Assembly: GCA_002256025.1 (NCBI GenBank)
Contig: NKIB01000144.1
Span: 1-34,917 of the forward strand
Source: Asterionella formosa
Taxonomy: Eukaryota
Reading direction: 5' to 3'
DNA: 34,917 bases
This document shows, one piece after another, positions 1-10,540 of the stretch. The notes under the pieces were generated by a model. It saw only the letters and a program-made list of their open reading frames with translations. It was not told the DNA's origin and did no database searches. The stretch's first letter is position 1; each line of letters begins with the position of its first letter. A program made the position numbers and the translations under genes.

Positions 1-127
1 TTGTTAACTCATTTTGGAACTTGCTTCTTTGTTCCATACCGGCAGTATTTGCCACATGTCGCTTGTTTCCATGAACCTCTTTATGGTTTCTTGAAGACAT
101 TGTACTACTTGATAACTGTTGTCGTTG

Positions 128-506
128 GCAGTAGCAGCAGTCATAGACATATGGTGTTCTGTTGCTTGCTTATTACTCCGGCTATTGGTTTTTAGTTTTA
201 CTATCACATGATACTAAAACTATGATGATTTACTGTCCCGCTTCAGTAGCAGCAGTCATAGACATAAGGTGTTCTATTGCTTCATTATTACTCCGACTAT
301 TGGTTTTTAGTTTTATGATCATACGATACTAAAACTATGATGATTTACTGTCCCACTGCAGTAGCAACAGTCCTGAACATATGGTGTTCTATTGGATTTT
401 AGTTTTACGATCATACGATCCTAAAACTATGATGATCTACTGTCCCACTGCAGTAGCAACAGTCCTGAACATATGGTGGTCTTTTGCTAGTTTACTACTC
501 CGACTA
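128..506. repeat. Tandem repeat, ~115-bp unit, about 3.5 diverged copies
   Basis: GTAGCA(G/A)CAGTC recurs at 131, 246, 361 and 453 (spacings 115, 115, 92). Copy 3 lacks 23 bp between two CTATTG hexamers. Confidence 0.9.
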
Positions 507-880
507 CCCCCAGTATATCACTTACTACCTGTTACTGGTACTTTGTATATATATATGATACATTGTTATTGTCATAGGATGTACCGGTACACATGAAGAG
601 CTCCCAACCAAAAAAGGGGCTTAAACAATTTGCTACCAAAACCCTTGCGGTCATGACTTACACAAATTGAATGCTGGTCTAAATAATTAGTTTCAATGGA
701 CGTAGAAAATATCGATGCAAACAAATTTCAGAAATAATACCGGTACACGTAGTCGTGGAAAACAATGGACATATAGTGCATTGAGTATTTTCGAATTATG
801 TATATGTGAGTATGATCATCTCAACCATATCAGATGTTCCATATCGAGGGCGCCTGTGAATCTTATAAAATGTATAACGC

Positions 881-897
881 TATATATATATATATAT
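881..897. repeat. (TA)n microsatellite
   Basis: tatatatatatatatat read directly. Confidence 0.85.
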
Positions 898-2189
898 GTT
901 TACAAATTTTATTACTATATTCATGGCCAATGTATTTTTCAAATCGTTCTGTCATATTAACAAACAATGCCTGCTGCTTCATGAAAAGATACGTCGTAGT
1001 AAAGCACATTAAGAGAAAAGAAAATTTTCACAATACATAACGAAAAACATTGTGACTTCGAAACATTGCGCATTCGAAGGATGGAGAATGTTTAAGGTAA
1101 TGAAGCCATCAATGTGGTAGCTACTTGGATGACAATCGTTGGGAGGCAGGACAACAACAAATTGTTAACTAAACGCAGCCACATTTCCTTTTTTCTCAGT
1201 TGATTCAACAGCTCGTTTCGCTTGTTGGGGAGCACCTATGTAAAACAAAACCAAATTGCGTAAGTGCTCTTGTCGCTTGTTGGACCTATTCACTTCTGTT
1301 GGAACAAAACTGACAAAACTTTTACCTTCTCTCAAAGCTAAGCTGACAAAAATGAACCGGTAAGTTTTATTCGACAACATTGGATACCCAAAACTTACTT
1401 ATTCAAGAATTTACTGACAATTTACTGTAATAGACTTATGCATCAGTTGCATTGATTTGTGGTAAGTGAAGCAAGAGGATACGGTGGAATTGTGTGTCGT
1501 TGTGTCAATGTAACATGACTAGCTAACAAATCATTCCTTCTCATTGTTACTGTTTCTGCATAGGACAATAAAACCAATGAAACAACGGAATAGTCGGTGA
1601 GTTCAGAGTGTCACTAATTGCAGGGAGAAATGCGAGACATTAAGCACTGCATGGCTCAAGATTCAGAATAGAGGAAGGAAAGGGCGAGACAGGATCAATA
1701 TACATTGAGCCGAGTAGAGAGAGAAACGTTGGGTTGCTGGCCTGTAGAATCATAGATAGCATTGCTAAATTTGTCAATTAAATTACGATCCGTTCCAATC
1801 CTTTTTGAACAATGCTTGTGATTAGAATTATGATCATGTTTACGATAGATTTACGATGAAACAATTCACATGATAGCATAGAGTTGAGATGGTTTTAGGA
1901 TACGTTGTAGTTATAATTTACATTGGGCGATCACGAGAAGTGAAAATAAAATGAGAAGGTTTATGATATTGATGGGAAATGTTGTTGATCAGTTTATATA
2001 CATTGTGTGATGATAATGTTCTTATTATCATTATACTTCAAGGTCGGTAAAATATTAAAAAATCATTATAGTTACAAGATACCTTGGTCATATTTTTGAT
2101 CCAAAAATTATCATATATACGAAAATCCTGTGCCACTTAGCGTACAATACCCTTGATCCTATATGCATGATACTTTTTATTTGCAGACG

Positions 2190-2610
2190 TTGACGACATC
2201 AGGTGGCGCAGGCTTGTGTATAGATTGATGATGCTGAAAGCAATGCTTCCTTTTCCCATAGGTACCTATTTGTCAACATTTTTGGTTCAATCTATTCTTG
2301 TTCCCGCAAGACCAGAAGCAATTATCCCTTTACTTCTCCTCCCAAGAACCTTCATTTCTCTTTCACAATTGTCCTGATGTTTGCAAAGCATTTTTAGTTC
2401 CCTTTTGATTTTTCCACTGGTTTCGATCCCTTTTGCATTCAAGTCAAGAAACAAGCAACTCATTGAGATTTCTGGAGGTTTTGGTCAGTGGCAACATACA
2501 GCAGCAAGCAACAATCAACACATCATGGCGGCTGTTCTCCATTTTCTGTAGCAAGTGACAATCAAGAAGGGTCTGGGATCATTGGGGAGAAAAATTAGTA
2601 GGCTTCTCTG
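2190..2610 (-). mobile_element. Degenerate DDE (IS630/Tc1-like, diatom-type) transposase fragment
   Basis: Hand translation across frameshifts and stops gives LIFLPNDPRPF..ENSRHD..DLNAKGIETSGKIKRELKMLCK..WEEK*..LLLVLREQE*IE..TSLRHLM. This is colinear with the recalled 'GPF..RHD..KG...GK.K.EL..LC..GW.GK.KGLLQVLWERG.ID..SLRHLM' block of diatom transposases. Confidence 0.6.
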
Positions 2611-3671
2611 TGTTTGCCCCCGCCCGTTTGGTAGCCAGTCTACCATTGCATCCTCTCAATCAATACTAGTATAGCTAATGAAAACCGTAATTAGATGAAA
2701 TGTGACTTCCGGTTTCTCATATTTTACATTGTTGCACTAATGAAACTTGAATCCATAAATGGGCACCCACTTTTTTGTGCTTCTTGCATTTTTGCAGTAT
2801 TGACTGGCTGGTGGTCGATAGGCCAAAGTGTCTCGCTTTTTATGAACATCTACAAAGTACTAGTGCTTTTGTCAAGGTTTGTGTCTAAATCCAAGTGCTG
2901 CCATCCATCGAAACATTCCAGATACGTCAAAGAATACGCTCTTGTCTTCAAAGGTAAGGAACTATTACGATGACAAAGGAAATCTGATGAGACATGAAAA
3001 TTACGAAACCAGAATCAGCCACTCTGTCACTTTAAATAGACAGTCTCGTGCTTCTTTGTGAATATCTCCTGCTATGCTGCGTTTCAATTCTAGATGTATT
3101 ACGTTCTTGTTAGAGAGACGATGTTACAGAGAAGTAGATTGTGCTGTTCTATATGGATGTTGTTTAGCTATGATTGAGGTTGTAACACTGATTGATGCTC
3201 TGGTGACAGACCGGCCAGAAATATTCATCTTGTGTGATGAGCCATTTCATTTTCATTGGATTTCTTTTCAAGCTCCTGATGGAATGCATACAAACATACT
3301 GTGTACTGTAGATGATGATTCATCGAAGACATATGATGACTTGAATGACAAATGAAGATTTTATCACAAACACTTGTTCCTCTCGACATGGCTGCTTTGT
3401 CGTTGTTGCAAGAATCAGAGTGAGGACTGGCAAGGATGATGAGCCAAACCACATTACTTTAACTGGTACATGATCCTACCAAGAAATTTAAATAAAGGAA
3501 CCTAAAAGAAACAATACATATAATAATTAAATTTTTTATAGTCAAAAGGGTTACTATTTAAATTACGAGGGCATTTATCAAAATTATTAGATGATATAAC
3601 GAAAAATTATGATCAGATGATCATAATCCTATGATGCATCATAGGAATATGATGGTTTTTATTTGCAGACG

Positions 3672-3895
3672 CACCCAACATGCAACACAGCCAGCCTCAA
3701 GGGAAAAAACAAACAAATATGTCCCCTGCTTCTTGTCCATCCATACGTTTCCAAAGGCTTGCCCAGTTTCCAGGCATCAGTTAAGCACATGTGATTCAAC
3801 TCTAGGTCATCAGCACGTAACATAGCATAAGTAGTATCTAAATGAGCAAGGAGGACAATAATAGTGACATAGGCATATCCAAATGTAAGAATAGC
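3672..3895 (-). mobile_element. Degenerate gag-like fragment of a diatom Ty1/copia-type retrotransposon
   Basis: Minus-strand frame reads FGYAYVTIIVLLAHLDTTYAMLRADDLELNHMCLTDAWKLGKPLETY. It resembles the recalled 'FG(F/Y)A.VT...LL.HL.TTYG.I..DDLE.N...L...W....P.E.LW' motif; an in-frame stop lies just upstream. Confidence 0.55.
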
Positions 3896-4449
3896 TCAAA
3901 CACATTGGTCCACATCTTCTATGTAATAGTGAACTGGTACCCTGGTGCCCCCTGGCAATTGTACACAGCTCTGTCACATACCGGGAACGTAGTCGTAAAT
4001 AATTAAACTACCAGTTAACCCGTAGTGGAAGCTAGCAATAGCAGTTTACTAGCACTCCAGTACATTGCACAAAGCTAGTGACAATACCGGTACTGGTACC
4101 AGGTACCAGGTACAAGGGTACGTGTATGCGGGGAATAGACCATTGTATATATTTAGAGTAGACTACTTAATATGGAGGCACCATGAGTACATGCACTATT
4201 GCACAATATTGCAGTAAATAGAGGACCAAGTCTATTACTGGTAGGTATTTCTATGTATAATTTACATATACACAAAATGAAGTGAAAAAAATCAATGTAT
4301 AGCTAATGAAAAATAGTGAAAAAATGTAACTACAGTAGTATGAAATCAGGCATGCATCTGTGTAATAATAACAACCTAAATACACACTAGCTGTGTATGA
4401 CCACCAGTGTGATGATCAGCAGATATCAATTGATTGGCAATCTAATCTG

Positions 4450-4800
4450 TGAAACTGTTCTATCTGGATTATCAACCTCATACATTTTGTCCAATTTGCA
4501 ATGTGGCAGCAGTGAAAAGAATGCAGCTCAAAGTAGGGCAGTCATAATATCCCACACAACGCTTTGCCAAGCAACAATACTCCACCTTTCTTACTCTATC
4601 CTGCGCAATCCTTGTAACATTTTTAGCAACCTTTCAAACCTAATTCCAACTTTACATTCCAACCAAAGAATAAATAGTTTTTGGTGCAACAGAAAGACTA
4701 CAACACTGACAGAATTGCTTCCTCCTCCCTCTTCGATGCACATCGTCCTGCATCATTTCTGTTGGTTCATCAACTTGTTAATTGTTGAAAAATTCTTCAA
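4450..4800 (-). pseudogene. Possible decayed Cys-rich coding relic (GCM/WRKY-like zinc finger of a transposon?)
   Basis: Interrupted frames read RRGRRKQFCQCCS and VRKVEYCCLAKRCVGYYDCPTLSC, with several stops. Confidence 0.2.
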
Positions 4801-5327
4801 ACACCACATTTGAGGAATTTCTGGACTCTCAATCATCATTCTGCATACTTGTCACTCCTGCTACCACCAATAATACTAGTAGTCAGAAGTCAAAACTCCT
4901 TCAAGATGAGAGTTGACTGGCTGATGTCATCCACCTTACTTTCAAAACTAGGCGATGTTGCATCTCGATCTGCTGGGAGTACAACCCAAGTATAGAGTTC
5001 CAAAATCAAAACTGGCAGCTCAGACTTGTACAGTCTATATTCCAACGATGATCGTGCGTACAGTTATTGTTTAATTTTTGAATATCTAGATACTGTTGTA
5101 ACACGGTCCTTCCTAATTGTTCAGATCAATACCGTGCCAGTTTTAAAATGACCAAGTAGACACATACCAGAGGCGTACAGGAAGATACAACTTGTGTTTA
5201 ATTTTACCATTTACGGCGGTAAGGTATTTGATACGGATATGTATGTACATACCGGTTCATTTATTCGATTGACGAACAAAGAAGTTCAATGAAAGAACAA
5301 GTCTTGTGGCTTGCAGGGCTATATGTC

Positions 5328-5335
5328 TGACGTCA
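5328..5335. promoter_or_regulatory. CRE-like palindrome TGACGTCA (possible bZIP/aureochrome site)
   Basis: Perfect 8-bp palindrome ~200 bp upstream of the CoA-transferase ATG; single occurrence, may be chance. Confidence 0.2.
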
Positions 5336-5532
5336 AAGATTCGACTATTTTGAATGCGAACCCATGAAATCCGATCTGTTCCCGATTAGTAACAAGGACG
5401 AGACGGACCCGAAGCCCCATCAAGCTGTATTCTTCGGGTTTTTATCGGCGGGAGCCATGCTCGATAGGTTTCCCTCCTCCATTTTCGCTGTTCATAAAAA
5501 AGAAGTGAAAGCTGACAAAAACAATCAGAAAG

Positions 5533-7833
5533 ATGTTCTCAAGCGTAGTAGTAAGGTTCTCGTCGACACGCAACGTCATTTCCCGTTCGATACTTCGTAC
5601 ACCTCAGTGCTTGGGAACAAGTAGACTATTTTCCATCAACGTTTCTGACGAAGAAGCCCTTGCTCGATTCGCGATACCTCAACGTACTCTCCAGAAAGTG
5701 ATCAGCGCAAGTGATGCAGTTAACTTAATCCAAAACGGCAACACCTTGAGCGTTTCAGGTTTTGTTAGCCAAGGCGCCCCAGAAGCTGTCCTGAAGGCGC
5801 TTGGAGATCGCTATGCGAGCACAGGTACTCCAAATAATCTTACGTTGTTCTTCGGTGGCGGTCCCGGTGATTGGGATTATCGAGGACTGAATCACCTTGC
5901 TAGAACAAAGCCCGACGATGAACGCAAAGACTCCATCCCAATGCTGAAGCGAACAATTGGATCACATTATGGCCAAGTTCCCAAGGTTGCCAAGTTAGCA
6001 CTTGATGAACAGGTGGAAGCATGGACACTGCCAATGGGATCAGTGTCTCGAATGATTCGAGCTCAAGCGACTCATTCACCTGGTCACATTACCACTGTGG
6101 GTATAGGAACATATGTTGACCCAGAAAAGTTGGGAGGGGCTGCCAACCAACGAGCATTAGAAAGTCCCTTGCATCGGAAACTTGTCACCCGGTTATCTAT
6201 TGATGGTCAAGATCACTTGATGTACAAGTCCCTCCCCATACATGTTGCCATAATTCGTGGCACTACTGCAGATGTGCAGGGCAATATATCTATCGAGCAC
6301 GAATCGCTCAAGGGTGACTCAATGATAACTGCAGCTGCTGCCAAAAACTCGGGTGGTATTGTAATTGCTCAAGTGAAGCGCTTGGCAGCGAACGGATCAA
6401 TTCCATCGAGATCCGTTGCAGTTCCGGGTCCTTTAGTTGACTGCGTTGTGGTAGTCGATAAGGCAGACCATGATGAATTGCACCCGATGAGCTATGTTGA
6501 GATAGAAAACCCCATTCTGACTGGCGAAGTGCGAGCTCCCCAGGAGGAAATCGGTGCAATGAGTCTGTCGATCCGAAAAGTTATCGCGAGAAGGGCCATG
6601 TACGTGCTCAAGCCTAACATCGTTGTCAACCTTGGCATTGGTTTGCCTGAAGGCGTTGCTGCAGTTGCTGCCGAGGAGGGAATGCTTGAGTTTGTTACAT
6701 TGACGACCGAGCCAGGTAGTTTCGGTGGAATTCCTTGTTCAGGTACTAGTTTTGGTCCGGCTTCAAATGCTTCGGCTCTAGTGGAAATGAATCAAATGTT
6801 TGACTTTTACGATGGCGGAGGGCTCAATATGTGCTTCCTGGGAGCTGCCCAGATCGGCCCGAGTGGGGATGTCAACGTGTCACGAATGTCAAAAGATAGA
6901 CTTACTGGGCCTGGAGGATTCATAGATATATCTCAAAGCACGAAGAACATAACCTTCATGTCACCGATGACTTCAGTTGGACTCGACGTTGATCTACCAG
7001 GAGATGGCTCGTTTAAAATTAGAAAAGAGGGAGCGGTTAAGAAATTCGTTGGGAGTATTTTTGAGACGACTTTCAGTGGCGATGAAGCAGTGAAAAGAGG
7101 CCAAACGGTTTTTTATGTCACTGAACGAGCTGTCTTCCGGCGTACTGTCAACCATAGTGTCTTGGAGCTTATTGAGATTGCTCCTGGAGTTGATTTACAA
7201 AAGGACGTTCTGGATCAGATGGAGTTCTTACCTGCTATAAGTCCTACGTTGAAAATAATGGATAGCCGAATTTTCCATGAAGCCAAAATGAATCTGCGTT
7301 CTGAGTTTTTTGGAAGTCTCGACGCACGATGCACGTATCATGCTAAGGATCACACTCTTTTCCTCGAGTTATTCGGTATCAATATTCATTGCGTTGAAGA
7401 TATCGATTGGTTTTTTAATGGCCTTCGCCGAATTCTGAAACCGCTTGTAAAGGAGAAAAGTCCCATTGATATGGTAGTCAACTACGATGGCTTTGATTTG
7501 CGGAAGGGCCTTGAGGAGCAGTACCAAATTGAGGTCGAAAAACTCCAGAAAGAATTCTATCGCAATGTAAAGCGATATACAGGACATGCTTTCAAGCGTG
7601 CCAAGTTGGGCCAGCAAATGGGAATGAGCGAGTGGAAACCGAACGAACTTTTCAAAAAATTCGATACGAATTCAAGCGGTCTAGTATCTGTTGAAGAGCT
7701 CCGGGACGGAATGATGGACCTCTTTCATATCCATTTAACGCCACAGCAAGTTGAGAACCTTGCTGCCCAGGAACTAGACCGCAATGCATTTGATGAAGCG
7801 GTAAACATGATCTTGAAGAGCCGCGACAACTAG
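5533..7833 (+). CDS. Family I acyl-CoA:acetate/propionate CoA-transferase (YdiF/Pct-like, fused alpha-beta) with mitochondrial-type presequence and C-terminal EF-hand; 766 aa, intronless
   Basis: Motifs GLNHLA, TVGIGTYVDP, IIRGTTAD..GNI, IARRA, VNLGIGLPEGV, catalytic ExGxxG (TEPGSFG), FDFYDGGGL, GPGGFIDISQ, YVTERAVF, EIAPGVDL. Arg/Ser-rich, acid-free N-terminus. EF loop DTNSSGLVSVEE at 7663-7698. Confidence 0.93.
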   Translation: MFSSVVVRFSSTRNVISRSILRTPQCLGTSRLFSINVSDEEALARFAIPQRTLQKVISASDAVNLIQNGNTLSVSGFVSQGAPEAVLKALGDRYASTGTPNNLTLFFGGGPGDWDYRGLNHLARTKPDDERKDSIPMLKRTIGSHYGQVPKVAKLALDEQVEAWTLPMGSVSRMIRAQATHSPGHITTVGIGTYVDPEKLGGAANQRALESPLHRKLVTRLSIDGQDHLMYKSLPIHVAIIRGTTADVQGNISIEHESLKGDSMITAAAAKNSGGIVIAQVKRLAANGSIPSRSVAVPGPLVDCVVVVDKADHDELHPMSYVEIENPILTGEVRAPQEEIGAMSLSIRKVIARRAMYVLKPNIVVNLGIGLPEGVAAVAAEEGMLEFVTLTTEPGSFGGIPCSGTSFGPASNASALVEMNQMFDFYDGGGLNMCFLGAAQIGPSGDVNVSRMSKDRLTGPGGFIDISQSTKNITFMSPMTSVGLDVDLPGDGSFKIRKEGAVKKFVGSIFETTFSGDEAVKRGQTVFYVTERAVFRRTVNHSVLELIEIAPGVDLQKDVLDQMEFLPAISPTLKIMDSRIFHEAKMNLRSEFFGSLDARCTYHAKDHTLFLELFGINIHCVEDIDWFFNGLRRILKPLVKEKSPIDMVVNYDGFDLRKGLEEQYQIEVEKLQKEFYRNVKRYTGHAFKRAKLGQQMGMSEWKPNELFKKFDTNSSGLVSVEELRDGMMDLFHIHLTPQQVENLAAQELDRNAFDEAVNMILKSRDN

Positions 7834-7892
7834 AAGGTCAAAAAGCCAGGCAGATACAACTTTAAGTTTTATCCACTATAGGTACACTATTA

Positions 7893-10089
7893 TTAGTAAG
7901 TCGCCCAGTATCCAAGGCCAATAAATGCCACCGCCCAGAGAGTGAGCTCAAGCAAGAAGATGCGATGAATGAAACTTTCGCTGAATTCACACATTTTGAT
8001 GAATCTATTTTGGTGTGAATTTGTCGTAGTCTGCTGGTGGTGTAGCTTTTGCTCGTTCGCTAGCCACGTCGGGAGTATAGCCAGAGCAGAGGTAAGTCTC
8101 TCCTTCTCGGCAGTTGAATGGTCGTCTGCTAGTCCATCGTTGACTTCGGTCTCCATGGCAACTCGGGCATATGTTACATCTGTGTCCATAAGCCGGATTG
8201 TTTCCATCTCTACTTTCAGAAATCCCCAATGACATCTTCGAAACAATTCGGCCAAAGGCAACAGGACTCCAAAGTAAGAATTAACATCCGAAGAGAAGGT
8301 GGTCACTCGTTGACTATCCAGGGTGAAGTGGTATGCGGGAATGAAGCAAAGCATCCAGCACGCTCGTAACAATATATTGATTAAGAGGCATTGATGGTAA
8401 AACGAGTCCTTCTTGTAAAGTCTTTTCTCTCTGAACTTGATTTGGCCCAAGTTGGGAATGGCTGCACTTAAACGCCGGAAGCCGTCGAGAATAGGTTGAA
8501 AGAAATACATTTGAAGAGTCAACAAAATGTACGAATTCGGGTGGAGTGACGAAATGCGGGTGCAACACGAGCCTTCGTAGTCGGATGATTGGCTATCGTT
8601 GTCACGAGGAGCAATGACAAAGAGTTCCCAATCTACAAAGATATCCCAACAAATTTGGTACATAGTAGCAGCGACAAAGCTCACCAGCCACCATGGAGAT
8701 CGTCGATCTTCGGGATGGGTCATTCCATACAAAATTATCATGGCCGCACTCAGATATTTGAAAGAGTCCCCATAATATGGCCATCGTCTATTGGCATCGT
8801 AAGCTTGACGAAGAGTCTGCAAGAACTTCCACCACAGGGGAAGCACGGCACAGCTGGGTAAAATCACGTTATGAAGGAACCACGACCGTCCTAAAATGTT
8901 TCCCGCCTCCCCCAAGTCATGTGAGCCAATCACTGTTACCCAAATTACAGTGCCATAATAGGCCAGTGCAAACAACACATCTTGAATGGGCCTTACCAAG
9001 CTTGTCATCACATCACCAACAAAAGCATCTCTGAACCTTACTCGATGGAACGGAGCCATTGCTGTAAACTTTACGGTTGACCAAAATCGCCTTCGACGTC
9101 CTGGAGGTATAACTGATCTCACCAGGAGGATAGTAAGAAATATTAGGGGCAAGATTTTTGCAGTTGATTCGTCGCCATCCTGCATACTTCGATTGTACGC
9201 CTGAATAAACAGATGAAAATTCAGAACCACCGGCATCGACAAATCTAAGCCGGCTCCGAAAACGGCAGGACCCGATGGTGCATATGTTGCATTTTCTGTG
9301 GCGTTATTTGGACCCCGGAAAAAGAAAAAGGTCCCAATTCTGGTAATTCTAGGGTGGTTCTCTTGAAATCGTTGAAAATTGGTTTGCTGATGCTGCAGCT
9401 GCTGAGTTTCTTCGTTGGTTGCTTGAGATGATTTTCTCTGAGAACCTGGGGATAAACCACTTTTTTCCGATCCGTCGGCGCTTCCGTCGGAGTCGTCGGC
9501 AGCAGACCAAGTGTCATGAAAATTGTTGCTTTCCCGAGTTGCCAACTCTATTCCTTCGGCGCTATTCACCATGGGAATCATTTCTTCCGTTTGTCCACTC
9601 AACAGCGACCGATTACTACCAACTGCAATGCCTGTGGCAGCATTACTTTCAGAAATTGAGTATCCCGATTCCTGCTGCAAGGCCACCGGTGAGGAGGGGT
9701 TGTAGGAGTCTATCCCGCTAGTCACGCCATAACTTGTGCCTGGCAAGAATAATAATTCGTCACACGCTACTCCATTTCTCCGCCAGGTCCGTAAGGAGTA
9801 TGCAGTCATGTACAATGTAAACGCCAGAAGTGCCGGGCCTGGGGATGAAACGAACGAAGTCAGAAGTGATACGAGCATGGTACTGAGCTACGCCGGAATT
9901 CGACAAGCCATAGTTGAGTAATTTGTCAAGCTCACCTCGATATACTCTGAGAGCGACAACATCTTGCGTCTTTGTTTTCAGATCATAAATTAGTACACAT
10001 CCGAGGACAACAAGTACTGTCGCTTTTGGTTTGAGTACCCATTCAGACATCATAAAGGAGCCAACGGCGAAAACGGCTGAGATATCCAT
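7893..10089 (-). CDS. EXS-domain (ERD1/XPR1/SYG1 family) membrane protein without SPX; exons 10089-9936 and 9838-7893, 699 aa
   Basis: Splicing restores RVYRGPALL...WRRNGV..DELLF. EXS motifs: V.FRDAFVGDVMTSLVRP, LPLWWKFLQTLR, KYLSA, YQICWDIFVDW.L, NILLR..W, ELFRRCHWGFLKVEME. Confidence 0.9.
9839..9935 (-). other. Spliceosomal intron (97 bp, phase 1)
   Basis: GTGAGC donor, CTGAC branch-like site, TTTCATCCCCAG acceptor; joins two ORFs in frame. Confidence 0.85.
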
Positions 10090-10427
10090 TTGCGACTATT
10101 TCTTGTTGGAGCTGATTGTGAATATTCGATGGACTTGAAGAAGTGTCTGTCCCTTCGATCTCTGTAGTCAGGTCAAACGACGGTTTTAGTTGTCTTTCTA
10201 TTTGTCCTCTAGCGGAAGGTCAAATGGCGGATGCTAACAAGTATCGGTAAGGCCCTCGTCGCCTAGAAAAAGAGGAAGAAGTGTGGCATACCAGTAACAA
10301 GAATTTTATTTTATCTCTACTCCGAATATAGTACAAATGTTCAATAAGGGATCATTCTTGTTAGCTACAGCAAAAATATTTCTGGGCGGGGGTCGTAAAT
10401 GAAATCATGCATACGGTAGGTTATACA

Positions 10428-10510
10428 ACCAGGTACCGGGCTGGGCGGTACCTGGAACTGGTACCAGGAGTGCCTGATGGTACCAGGGTACCTGGTACCA
10501 ACAGTACCAT
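10428..10510. repeat. GGTACC/CCAGGTAC-rich low-complexity cluster
   Basis: Several overlapping ggtacc, ctggtac and ccagg words within ~80 bp. Confidence 0.75.
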
Positions 10511-10540
10511 ACTCCCTCTGTCCGAAAATAGTTGTTTGTA
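10510..10540 (+). mobile_element. Solo Stowaway/mariner-like terminal inverted repeat
   Basis: TA|CTCCCTCTGTCCGAAAATAGTTGT matches the Stowaway-type end TA|CTCCCTCYGTCC.AAAATA; no partner end found in the window. Confidence 0.55.

Noticed and set aside
128..506. CRISPR-like repeat array
   Set aside because: Whole units are homologous with no unique spacers, the context is eukaryotic and no cas genes are present.
2880..3460. Coding-looking stretch with short ORFs on both strands
   Set aside because: No family recognisable in any frame; may be TE debris but cannot be supported.
3564..3590. TACGAGGG mariner-like terminus
   Set aside because: Only 8 bp of similarity and no inverted partner found.
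4084..4122. Telomere-like repeat interpretation of CCAGGTA units
   Set aside because: Units flip orientation, are not strictly tandem and do not match TTAGGG-type repeats.
5364..5624. 86-aa ORF overlapping the CoA-transferase start
   Set aside because: Different frame, no recognisable motifs; at most a uORF.
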